A stretch of 64,000 nucleotides of DNA from a virus (taxonomy: Duplodnaviria > Caudoviricetes). The position numbers were made by a program, and so were the translations under genes. The stretch covers positions 12,337-76,336 of IMG/VR virus record IMGVR_UViG_3300012665_000509. One strand, given 5' to 3'. Positions 1 to 8,615 of this stretch are shown piece by piece. The number at the start of each line of letters is the position of its first letter. Positions within the stretch are counted from its first letter, which is position 1. The notes beneath the pieces are model-generated. The model did not search any database, was not told the DNA's origin, and was given only the letters and a program-made list of their open reading frames with translations.

Positions 1-1
1 T

Positions 2-481
2 AACGATTTTGGTCGCAAGTTGTTCGAAGCTTTTGCTTCTGAATACCAAACTAGCTACCTTTCTGAGAAATCAGAAACTGCAAAATTACTCAAAGTCATA
101 GACATTAAAGAGCTAGCTATTGCTGAAGCACAAGTTGCCGCAGAAGAAGCACAAGCCCTAGTAGAAAGTAAAGAAGCAGAAATTGCCGCTCTTAAAGAGT
201 CGCAAGAAAGAAAAGCAATCATGAATGAATTACTAGCTCCGCTAAACACAGAGCAAAAAGACATCATGGGTGAATTAATGGAGAGTGTGAAAACATCAAG
301 ACTTGTAGAAAGTTTTGACAAGTATCTACCAGCTGTAATCGCCGGTAAAGCTCCGCAGAAGAAACAGGCACTTGTAGAGGCTAAAGAAATTACAGGAAAC
401 AAAGTTTCCAACAGCAATCGTAGCAGCGAGGATGATGGTAATATCATCGATATCCGTCGCCTTGCTGGACTAAAAATTTAA
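2..481 (+). CDS. Prohead scaffold/core protein (gp22-like), C-terminal part; gene begins upstream of the window
   Basis: Frame is open from the window edge (NDFGRKLFEAF...). Glu/Lys/Ala-rich and coiled-coil-like, directly upstream of the major capsid gene, ends ...IRRLAGLKI. Confidence 0.7.
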   Translation, partial: NDFGRKLFEAFASEYQTSYLSEKSETAKLLKVIDIKELAIAEAQVAAEEAQALVESKEAEIAALKESQERKAIMNELLAPLNTEQKDIMGELMESVKTSRLVESFDKYLPAVIAGKAPQKKQALVEAKEITGNKVSNSNRSSEDDGNIIDIRRLAGLKI

Positions 482-493
482 GGAGAAATTTAA

Positions 494-1666
494 ATGTCAG
501 AACTACTAAATGGCCGTTGGGCAGAAACTAAAGAAGCTCTTTTAGAAGGCCTTCAAGGCACTAAAAAATCAGTTATGGGCGTTACACTAGAGAACACACG
601 TAAGTATCTAGTTGAATCACCTACAGCTGGTGCCACTTCTGCCGGCAACGTCGCAACATTAAATCGCGTGATTCTACCAGTAATCCGTCGTGTTATGCCA
701 ACAGTTATCGCTAACGAGTTGGTTGGTGTACAACCAATGACTGGCCCAGTTGGACAAATCCACACTCTACGTGTTCGCTACAGCGATACATCAAGCGGTG
801 CTGGCGTTGTTGCTGGTGAAGAGGCATTGAGCCCATTCAAGATCGCTGAAGCTTACTCAGGTAATGAGGCAAGCCCAGCTAAGGCAGCGTCTACAGCTAC
901 ACTAGAAGGTGCAGCAGGTAAGCGTATGTCAATTCAAATCTTGAAACAAACTGTAGAAGCTAAAACTCGTAAGTTATCAGCTCGCTGGACTTTCGAAGCT
1001 GCACAAGATGCACAAGCCCAACAAGGTATTGACATCGAAGCAGAAGTTATGGCTGCTTTAGCTCAAGAAATCACTGCTGAAATCGACCAAGAAATTCTAC
1101 AATCTTTAGATAGCTTGGCTGGTACAGCTTCAGAAACTTATAACCAAGCCGCTGTTAGCGGTACTGCAACTTTCGTTGGTGACGAACACGCTGCATTAGC
1201 TGTTCAGATCAATCGCGTAAGCAACTTGATCGCTCAACGTACACGTCGTGGTGCTGGTAACTGGGCCGTAGTAAGTCCATTTGCTTTAACAATTTTACAA
1301 TCTGCTACTACTAGCGCATTTGCTCGTACAACAGAAGGTACATTTGAAGCACCTACAAACACTAAGTTTGTTGGTACATTGAACTCAGCAATGAAAGTGT
1401 ATGTTAACACATACGCCGCTGACAATTCAGCTGTTTTAATCGGTTACAAAGGTTCAAGCGAATCAGATGCGGCAGCATTCTATTGCCCATACATTCCATT
1501 GATGTCTTCTGGTGTTGTGCTAGATCCATCAACATTCGAACCAGTAGTAAGCTTCATGACACGTTATGGATATGTTGAGTTGTCAAACACAGCATCTTCA
1601 TTAGGTAATGCAGCTGACTACCTAGGTAAGGTTGCTATCACTCACGGTAACGTGAAGTTTAGCTAA
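494..1666 (+). CDS. gp23: Major capsid protein, T4 gp23 family
   Basis: Motifs LPVIRRVMPTVIANELVGVQPMTGPVGQIHTLR, AKTRKLSARWTFEAAQD, EITAEIDQEIL, FYCPYIPL and FMTRYG; AGGAG RBS upstream. Confidence 0.95.
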   Translation: MSELLNGRWAETKEALLEGLQGTKKSVMGVTLENTRKYLVESPTAGATSAGNVATLNRVILPVIRRVMPTVIANELVGVQPMTGPVGQIHTLRVRYSDTSSGAGVVAGEEALSPFKIAEAYSGNEASPAKAASTATLEGAAGKRMSIQILKQTVEAKTRKLSARWTFEAAQDAQAQQGIDIEAEVMAALAQEITAEIDQEILQSLDSLAGTASETYNQAAVSGTATFVGDEHAALAVQINRVSNLIAQRTRRGAGNWAVVSPFALTILQSATTSAFARTTEGTFEAPTNTKFVGTLNSAMKVYVNTYAADNSAVLIGYKGSSESDAAAFYCPYIPLMSSGVVLDPSTFEPVVSFMTRYGYVELSNTASSLGNAADYLGKVAITHGNVKFS

Positions 1667-1691
1667 TCAAACCTCGAGTTTGTTACTAAGC

Positions 1692-1713
1692 AAGGGCACT
1701 TCGGTGCCCTTTC
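1692..1713 (+). terminator. Rho-independent terminator after the capsid gene
   Basis: AAGGGCAC-TTCG-GTGCCCTT stem with a UUCG tetraloop, followed by T residues. Confidence 0.85.
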
Positions 1714-1724
1714 TCTTGGGCAGA

Positions 1725-1730
1725 TAAATA
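1725..1730 (+). promoter_or_regulatory. Late promoter core TAAATA (T4 gp55-type TATAAATA variant)
   Basis: The same hexamer lies just upstream of gene starts at 3017, 8509, 13896, 19846, 28299, 36422, 36854, 49067, 50933, 55061, 57378, 58573, 60180, 62808 and 63852 (+), and at 2956, 49053 and 50871 (-). Confidence 0.8.
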
Positions 1731-1738
1731 CTTGGTAT

Positions 1739-1796
1739 GACTTACATGGTGTAAGTTTTATGCGGAAATCCAACCGCGTATGGCCTAGAACGCCAT
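1739..1796 (+). ncRNA. Putative structured 5' leader (three adjacent hairpins)
   Basis: Stems 1739-1746/1750-1757, 1759-1765/1774-1780 and 1781-1784/1792-1795 lie between TAAATA and the AAGGAG RBS. Confidence 0.5.
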
Positions 1797-1817
1797 CTTT
1801 CTTAAGGAGAAAACAAA

Positions 1818-2213
1818 ATGGGACGTCCTTTAACTAAAACAAAACTTGACGGTATTGAGTGCGAAGCACAAATTGGTTCTGGTGGTTCAGAACTTTTAAC
1901 AGGTTCTATTGTTAAACAAGTTAGCACACGCCGTTACAAAGTAACAACTACTGACGGTACAGCAGTATGTACACTAGTACAAACAGCTGACCTCGGTGCT
2001 AACGAAATGAGTATTATTGCTACAGACAGCACAAATGCTACATACTTTGTTAGCAAACTAACAGGTAAGAGAGCAACACTTACTCGTCTAACAGAATCAG
2101 ACGGTGGCGGTTCAAGCCCTCCTGCTACTGGTTGGATCTATGTTACAGATTCTTCAGCTCCTTGGACAACAGGTGCCGCAACAGGTAACGTTGTATCTAT
2201 CGCTCAGAAGTAA
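1818..2213 (+). CDS. Hypothetical virion protein (possible head decoration)
   Basis: 131 aa, Thr/Ser/Gly-rich and beta-type, with its own late promoter and AAGGAG RBS, immediately after the capsid gene. Confidence 0.6.
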   Translation: MGRPLTKTKLDGIECEAQIGSGGSELLTGSIVKQVSTRRYKVTTTDGTAVCTLVQTADLGANEMSIIATDSTNATYFVSKLTGKRATLTRLTESDGGGSSPPATGWIYVTDSSAPWTTGAATGNVVSIAQK

Positions 2214-2231
2214 TTGATTTATCAATCAAAC

Positions 2232-2256
2232 AAAAAGGACCTTTGGGTCCTTTTTT
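2232..2256. terminator. Bidirectional terminator between convergent genes
   Basis: AAAAAGGACC-TTTG-GGTCCTTTTT. Confidence 0.85.
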
Positions 2257-2261
2257 GTTGA

Positions 2262-2930
2262 CTACACCATGTCACCATGCGGACTATCTGCCCGCAGTAC
2301 CCTAACTTTTTCATGTCCTACTTGTATCAAAGGATCAGCCCACACATCGATACCTAGCTTTTTTACTCTATTAACGAAACTACCGTCTTCTGCCTCAAAC
2401 CATAAGACATCTCCATCGTCGTGTGCTGTGGGGAAGAACCACGGGTACTCTAACTGTTCAAAGACTCCACGTTGTACAGCCATAAATCCCATACCGCATT
2501 CTTGAACTTTAAAGCGTTCGCCACTAAAATCAACATCTTCTCGAGTAAGCCATTTACAGTTATCACGAGTTTTTTCTGTGTATACACTTACATTGTAATG
2601 TTTGTTGTCATTCATTAATACCATGCCGGTAACAATTTTGTGGTCAGCATTAGTTAGTAGCTGTGCTATATCTTCAGGATCCCATACTTGATCACTATCT
2701 ATCCAAATTATCCAATCGTAGTGAACATTCCCGCCAAAAGGTTTAAGCGTCTTAGGGCTAGTTCTACTTCCGCCCATTAATTGATTACGGCAGTGATATA
2801 TGATTGGTATGTAGGTCATACTAACATCGTAATCAATATCCATGTCGTGACACCATTGTAAGGTGCGTGTCCAACTAGTCAAAAACGACTTACTAAACAT
2901 ATTTCCTGGTATGCAAAATATTAGTTTCAT
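2262..2930 (-). CDS. Glycosyltransferase, GT-A fold (GT2-like)
   Basis: IYHCRN, YDWIIWIDSD (DxD), CGMGFMAVQRGVF, ED and VGHEK motifs; TAAATA at 2956-2961 on the minus strand. Confidence 0.75.
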   Translation of the reverse strand: MKLIFCIPGNMFSKSFLTSWTRTLQWCHDMDIDYDVSMTYIPIIYHCRNQLMGGSRTSPKTLKPFGGNVHYDWIIWIDSDQVWDPEDIAQLLTNADHKIVTGMVLMNDNKHYNVSVYTEKTRDNCKWLTREDVDFSGERFKVQECGMGFMAVQRGVFEQLEYPWFFPTAHDDGDVLWFEAEDGSFVNRVKKLGIDVWADPLIQVGHEKVRVLRADSPHGDMV

Positions 2931-3072
2931 GTTATTCCTAAATTAATTATGTGAGTATTTAACTGTAACGCTGTTAGCTAGAAAAATTTCTCTATATTAG
3001 CTTTTTCGTTATCTGCTAAATACTGTACAGTAGCTTATTAGGGACAGCAGTCTCTAACAGTAAGGATAATAC

Positions 3073-4122
3073 ATGTCTAAGATATTAAAAGTTAGCGAAA
3101 GCAATTATAGAGTACAAGTACAAGAAGGCGGTACTATTACTCTTGATACTGGTACAGATAACGGTATCGTAATTGTCACGGGTGATTTAAGAGTAATGGG
3201 TAACACTACTACTATTGACACCGCTAATATGACTATTGAAGACAACATTATACTTTTAAACAAAGGCGAAACGGGCGCCGGTGTTACAGAAGGTACCTCA
3301 GGATTAGAAATTTCGAGAGGTACGCTTGATAATGCTCAATTGTTATTTGACGAATCATTGACTCACTGGGATCAAACCCTAGCAGGCGGTCGTGGATCTG
3401 GCTTAGGCGGTGCTGATGCTAATGGTACATTTGTTTTACAAACAGATGCTGGTACTTTATCAAGTTTAAAAGTAGCAGGTATTGTTGCTCCTGAAGATTT
3501 AGACTTAACATTTGACTTAAGAAACAAACCGTACGCTTTACGTATTGCTAATGCTGATGCTACTGCGTATTCAAGTCGTGTGTTTGTGGGATTAAACGTT
3601 ACAGAAGTTAACGATAATTTAATTCCAAACAGAAAGTTTATTACACAATACGTTTCAGCATCTGGATTAACCAGCGGTATGGCTGACGTAGATAAAATTT
3701 ATAAAACTAACGGACTAGCACCAGTTGCTGGCGGTGTTATTCAAACTGAAGTTTTATCATCATTAACAAAAATTGAATTTTTAGTACGCTCAGGATCACC
3801 TAGCGCATTAAACACTCGCGCAGAAATTAACTCTGCTGGATTGTTTGTTGACAACGTTAACACGTTCTTAAATACAGTACAAACAAAACCAGGCAGTGCG
3901 GCTACGTTATTACTCAGAGGCGATAGTCAAAACGTTGAAGTTGATTCATACTTTAACTTAACCAATCAAATTACTACACCGTTAGCACAAAGCGGTCGCA
4001 ATAAAATATTCTCAAGAGCTGTAACAGGCCCAGGTAAAACGGGATTATTTTTTACAAACACTACTACAGCCGATGAGCTGGTTGCTAAAAATAGAGCACT
4101 ATTGTTTAGCATGTTATTTTAA
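3073..4122 (+). CDS. Virion structural protein (fibre/baseplate-type)
   Basis: GDLRVMGNTTTIDTANMTIEDNIILLNKG beta-shaft motif; hydrophobic C-terminal helix ALLFSMLF. Confidence 0.65.
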   Translation: MSKILKVSESNYRVQVQEGGTITLDTGTDNGIVIVTGDLRVMGNTTTIDTANMTIEDNIILLNKGETGAGVTEGTSGLEISRGTLDNAQLLFDESLTHWDQTLAGGRGSGLGGADANGTFVLQTDAGTLSSLKVAGIVAPEDLDLTFDLRNKPYALRIANADATAYSSRVFVGLNVTEVNDNLIPNRKFITQYVSASGLTSGMADVDKIYKTNGLAPVAGGVIQTEVLSSLTKIEFLVRSGSPSALNTRAEINSAGLFVDNVNTFLNTVQTKPGSAATLLLRGDSQNVEVDSYFNLTNQITTPLAQSGRNKIFSRAVTGPGKTGLFFTNTTTADELVAKNRALLFSMLF

Positions 4123-4131
4123 GGATAGAAC

Positions 4132-4491
4132 ATGGCAATTACCAACGCAAAAATTACAACATCTTCGGCAGCAATATACACTAGCCCATCTAATACGTCT
4201 AATGCGATTACTACCGTTATCATTTGTAACAGAAAAGTATTTGATCCATTAAATCCTACAGACAATACTGCTAAGTTATCATTATATGCTGTTCCAAGTG
4301 GCGGATCAGCAACTTCTCCAGCAATAGAAACTATCATTGTAAACGAATTAGTTATTCCAGCAGGCGAAACTGTAACATTTGACCAAGAAAAGATGGTATT
4401 AGCAGACGGCGATATGTTAGTTGCTAAAGCAGATGTAGGTTCAACTGGTGACCCTACACTAGTAGCAACAGTAAGCACATTGGTGGTATAA
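4132..4491 (+). CDS. Small beta-rich structural/adaptor protein (paralog of 13194 and 27981)
   Basis: IYTSPS...VIICNR...LADGDML pattern shared with 13194..13523 and 27981..28301. Confidence 0.6.
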   Translation: MAITNAKITTSSAAIYTSPSNTSNAITTVIICNRKVFDPLNPTDNTAKLSLYAVPSGGSATSPAIETIIVNELVIPAGETVTFDQEKMVLADGDMLVAKADVGSTGDPTLVATVSTLVV

Positions 4492-4492
4492 G

Positions 4493-5122
4493 ATGAGATT
4501 TTTAAAAAGACAAGTTATCAATCGCCGAGCACCAGCAGACGGCAGACTTGTTGTTGATGTTAACAACGGTGTTGTTATGGATACAACAAATAGTTTACGG
4601 TTGCCAAGAGGTACTGGTGATCGTTTATACGCAATTGGCGAGCCTGAAAATCAAAGACCAATCGAACCAGAAGTTGGCATGATCCGTTATAATACTTCAT
4701 ACGATCAAGTAGAAGTATACCAAGGAACTGGCGCTCAAGCTAAATGGAGAGCTTTACGTTTTCAAGAATCTGGCAACATTGTACAACAAGACTTAGGTGT
4801 TGGTGACTTTGTTGAAGTATTGTTTGGGCCGTTAAACCCTCCTCCAGGATTTGTATATGGTTATACAACTGGCGGCGGCGGAAGCGGACCTGGTGATGCT
4901 CCTCCAATACAGAATAATGGCACATGGTCCGGCTCTAACATTCTAGTTTTTGTTGAAAACGTATTTCAAATTTACAATACTAACTATACAATCACAGTAA
5001 ATCCGCCAGGATTTAAACCAGGCGGCGGAAGTATTCCGTACGATCCAGGTTCATACATTACTTTTGATTCTGCTGTACCTACTGGAAAGTCTGTTACTGT
5101 ATTACACGGCTTCGATAGCTAA
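4493..5122 (+). CDS. Virion structural protein
   Basis: LRLPRG...GMIRYNTSYDQVEVYQG fibre-knob motif; C-terminal YITFDSAVPTGKSVTVLHGFD. Confidence 0.6.
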   Translation: MRFLKRQVINRRAPADGRLVVDVNNGVVMDTTNSLRLPRGTGDRLYAIGEPENQRPIEPEVGMIRYNTSYDQVEVYQGTGAQAKWRALRFQESGNIVQQDLGVGDFVEVLFGPLNPPPGFVYGYTTGGGGSGPGDAPPIQNNGTWSGSNILVFVENVFQIYNTNYTITVNPPGFKPGGGSIPYDPGSYITFDSAVPTGKSVTVLHGFDS

Positions 5123-5132
5123 GGATTAAAAC

Positions 5133-8100
5133 ATGGGCGCAGAATTAGGCAGAATAAGCGGCCCGCTACTGTCAGCAAACTTGCTACGACAAGGTGTTGA
5201 CCTTGCGTTTGAAACTGATCTTTTATATTTAAAAGTATCTCCAGCAATATCACGAGACCCTAATGAGGATGGCGATGGCAATCCACAGGCAGGTCCTCAT
5301 GCTATTGGTATTCACAATGACGGTCCTGCCTACGATTTAGATATCCTTGGCACAACTAATTTTAATAATCTAATTGCGTTAACTAGCGCAAACTTAGCAA
5401 ACTTTACAATTAGTGTCGCAACTATTGCCAACGCCGTTGGCAATATTACAATCAGTCCTAATCAATTATTAGATCCAACAGTAGCTACTAATCAATTACA
5501 AGTTGGCAATCTTAATTTCTTTGATAGAACTGTATTAAACACAACTGTTGACGCTAATCTTGTATTAGATCCTGCTGGAGCAGGACAAGTTGTCTTTAAT
5601 ACAACTAGAGTTAATGTAAACGGTAACTTACACGCCACTGGAGACATTACCTGGGACGGAAATATTACCTTTGGTAATAATAATCTTGATAGTGTTGACT
5701 TTAATTCAGACTTTACAAGTGATATTATTCCAGACGCACCTAATCAATATGACTTAGGTTCGTTTAATAAACAATGGCAAACTTTAAGAACTAATACTCT
5801 TGTTACAGATCTGGTTACTACTGACGGTTTAACTATCAACGGTATTGATTTACTAACTACTCAGGGTAAAATTATATATGTTGCTCAGAACGGCAGTGAT
5901 ACAAACACCGGAGTACATCAACATTCGCCATTCAGAACAATTAAACATGCGTTAAGTGTTGCCCAAGCTGGAGATGAAGTTAATTTATTTCCTGGAATAT
6001 ATCAAGAAATATTTCCTTTAACTGTCCCAGTTGGTGTACATGTTAACGGAGTTAGTTTGCGCAGTACTACAGTTATGCCAACAGCGGCAACCAATCGTAA
6101 TGATGCGTTTTTACTCAACGGAGAAACTACTGTTAGTAATTTAACTGTTAGAAATTTTTATTACGATAGTGTAAATGATACAGGATACGGTTTTAGACTA
6201 GCACCTAATTGTAAGGTTACTACTCGTAGTCCGTATGTACAAAACGTATCTGTACTAAATCGCGGTACCCTAACAGATAATCGAGCAATACTAGACGGCG
6301 GCAACGCTGTTACTATTTTATTTGATGCTATCCTAGAAGGCGGAACAGCATTTTCAACTTACGTTGATGAATTAAACGGCGGCCCAGCTAGTCTTAGCGC
6401 AGGTCTTGGGTTTGTTTCTGGCGATGCTGGCCGCGGAGCACTAGTTGACGGCGCAGTTGTACATCCTAACAGCAAAGAAGCAACAATATTATTCCACAGC
6501 GTGACATTTATTGTTCCAAATGCTGACGGTATTACTGCTAAGAATGGTGCTAGAGTTGAATGGTTAAACTCATTTACCTACTTTGCTAATAAAGGCATAT
6601 ACCTAACAGAAGGAACTGCCGGCTTTGCTGGCTTAGGTCTACGATTTGGTGCTGAAATGCGAAGCATTAACTCTGCTAACGTCTACGGAAATTACGGAGC
6701 AGTAGCAGACGGCCCAAGTACATTGGGATATCTAATTGGACATAACTTTGGATATATTGGTACAGGTGCCGATAGTCAAAACGATCCGCGATTAGTAATA
6801 CAAGCAAACGAAGTAGTGGCAACTAATAGCGCCGAGTTGTATTACGATAGTATGGACCACAAAGGCGACTATCGTGTAGGTGACATTTTTTATGTTAGCC
6901 AAGAAACTGGCCGCATTTCATTTAACGCACAGCGTATTGATTTTTCATCTCAAGGAAGCATTGTATTAGAAGGAGCCGGCGGCATAACAATAGTTGATGC
7001 TACTGGTATTCAGAATAGTAATATTAGAATATACGATAACAACATTGATTCTTTATCAGGCCCTGTTAACTTTTCAGCAATTAGCGGCAATACATATCTA
7101 AACACTGACGTATTTGTTACTGGCGCAATGAACATTTCTAATAATGTATTTGTAGACGGCAACGTATTTTTAGGAAATGATCCGTTAGATTTGATCACAG
7201 TTGCTCCTAACTTAACAGAAACAATTGAACCTAGACTTAATAACACATACTCTTTAGGATCTGATAATGGGGTTGCTCCCAAACGTTGGGACGTTGCGTA
7301 CCTTAGCCGTTTAAATATTGACGCAATTACACAAATTGATAGTAATACTATCAGTACGTTAACTAATGATTACGATTTAAGATTTGTAGCTGCCGGTACT
7401 GGCAAAGTTATTGTAAGCTCAACTGATGTACAAGTTGATAACGATTTAACAGTTGATGGAACGTTTACAGTTAACGGTACTAGCACGACCCAAGACACCG
7501 ATATTACGGGCGATGTAATACAAACAGGTAATATTGTACAAACTGGTGATACTATCATTGACGGCGATCTCCAAACAAACAACTTAACAGTTACAAATAC
7601 TGCTTATTTGCTTGTGCCTGACATTAAATTTATAGGTAACGCAGTCCAAGCAACTACAACTGATGATGACATTGTGTTTAATGGAACAGGCACGGCAGGC
7701 GTAGTATTAGACCAACGATTAAAAGTTAAAGACAATGACATTAGCAACGTGTGGGCAAGTGCTACTACAGATTTTCAAAAGAGTGTTCAACTAACGCCAA
7801 ACGGCACCGGAAATCTTGTAATAAACTCTAATCGTTCAGTTACAATTCCCTACGGTAATAACACAAATAGAGCAATGTATAGCGTAGGTGAAATTAGACA
7901 AAATAGCACATCTAATTGGTATCAAGGATACTTACCAACGGGCAATGTTAGCTTTAATAACTTGTTTGATAGCGATCTAAACACCTATATTATTCCAGAA
8001 CTAACCCCGGGCGCAAACGATAACACATTAAGATTTGGTATTAATGGTGTTGAAAGAGCAACAATTACATCGACTAAATTAACTACTCCTAAACTTGTAG

Positions 8101-8495
8101 TTGATTCTATTGACATGTCTGGCAACACGATACATAACAATACTAGTGACCTTGACTTGTTTATTACTCCTAACGGGACAGGCTCTGTTAATGTTAATAA
8201 TATTTTAATTAACGGAAATTCAGTTACTAATCAAGTTGCTGGAGCAATAACTCTAGTAAGTACTGGAACTGGCTACATTAAATTTGGCGGCACTGGAGCA
8301 GTAAGATTGCCCATAGGCGACGATAGCGGAAGAAGAGCCGCACCGGAGCGCGGTGAAATACGTTATAACGAAGCTCGCACTTATATGGAAGTATTCAACG
8401 GCACAATCTGGATACCAGCAGTTGGTACTCTAGGAGCTGCATCTCTCAACGACGTGATGGAAATCTTTGATTTCTGGAGCCTCACGCTCGGTTAA
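5133..8495 (+). CDS. Large fibre/baseplate protein with a beta-helix domain (paralog of 8616)
   Basis: 1120 aa. IYVAQNGSDTNTG..SPFRTIKHA..GDEVNLFPGIYQE beta-helix start; repeated L.L.PNGTG.V shaft units; GEIRYN motif. Confidence 0.7.
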   Translation: MGAELGRISGPLLSANLLRQGVDLAFETDLLYLKVSPAISRDPNEDGDGNPQAGPHAIGIHNDGPAYDLDILGTTNFNNLIALTSANLANFTISVATIANAVGNITISPNQLLDPTVATNQLQVGNLNFFDRTVLNTTVDANLVLDPAGAGQVVFNTTRVNVNGNLHATGDITWDGNITFGNNNLDSVDFNSDFTSDIIPDAPNQYDLGSFNKQWQTLRTNTLVTDLVTTDGLTINGIDLLTTQGKIIYVAQNGSDTNTGVHQHSPFRTIKHALSVAQAGDEVNLFPGIYQEIFPLTVPVGVHVNGVSLRSTTVMPTAATNRNDAFLLNGETTVSNLTVRNFYYDSVNDTGYGFRLAPNCKVTTRSPYVQNVSVLNRGTLTDNRAILDGGNAVTILFDAILEGGTAFSTYVDELNGGPASLSAGLGFVSGDAGRGALVDGAVVHPNSKEATILFHSVTFIVPNADGITAKNGARVEWLNSFTYFANKGIYLTEGTAGFAGLGLRFGAEMRSINSANVYGNYGAVADGPSTLGYLIGHNFGYIGTGADSQNDPRLVIQANEVVATNSAELYYDSMDHKGDYRVGDIFYVSQETGRISFNAQRIDFSSQGSIVLEGAGGITIVDATGIQNSNIRIYDNNIDSLSGPVNFSAISGNTYLNTDVFVTGAMNISNNVFVDGNVFLGNDPLDLITVAPNLTETIEPRLNNTYSLGSDNGVAPKRWDVAYLSRLNIDAITQIDSNTISTLTNDYDLRFVAAGTGKVIVSSTDVQVDNDLTVDGTFTVNGTSTTQDTDITGDVIQTGNIVQTGDTIIDGDLQTNNLTVTNTAYLLVPDIKFIGNAVQATTTDDDIVFNGTGTAGVVLDQRLKVKDNDISNVWASATTDFQKSVQLTPNGTGNLVINSNRSVTIPYGNNTNRAMYSVGEIRQNSTSNWYQGYLPTGNVSFNNLFDSDLNTYIIPELTPGANDNTLRFGINGVERATITSTKLTTPKLVVDSIDMSGNTIHNNTSDLDLFITPNGTGSVNVNNILINGNSVTNQVAGAITLVSTGTGYIKFGGTGAVRLPIGDDSGRRAAPERGEIRYNEARTYMEVFNGTIWIPAVGTLGAASLNDVMEIFDFWSLTLG

Positions 8496-8521
8496 AAACC
8501 CAAACAGCTAAATACTATTAC

Positions 8522-8598
8522 TGTAAAAGTTGACCAAACTTTTACGATACTCAACTGTGGTAAACCCGCAATGTAAGGTGGTTAACCGTGAAACACGG
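8522..8598 (+). ncRNA. Putative structured 5' leader (three hairpins plus a possible pseudoknot)
   Basis: Stems 8523-8531/8537-8545, 8556-8560/8566-8570 and 8586-8590/8594-8598; loop GACCA is complementary to TGGTT at 8579-8583. Confidence 0.5.
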
Positions 8599-8615
8599 GG
8601 TAATTAGGAGAGCTC

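Noticed and set aside
8522-8598. Hammerhead or other known self-cleaving ribozyme (GAAAC is present)
   Set aside because: The CUGANGA core is missing and I could not match twister, pistol or HDV consensus elements by eye. Kept only as an unknown structured leader.
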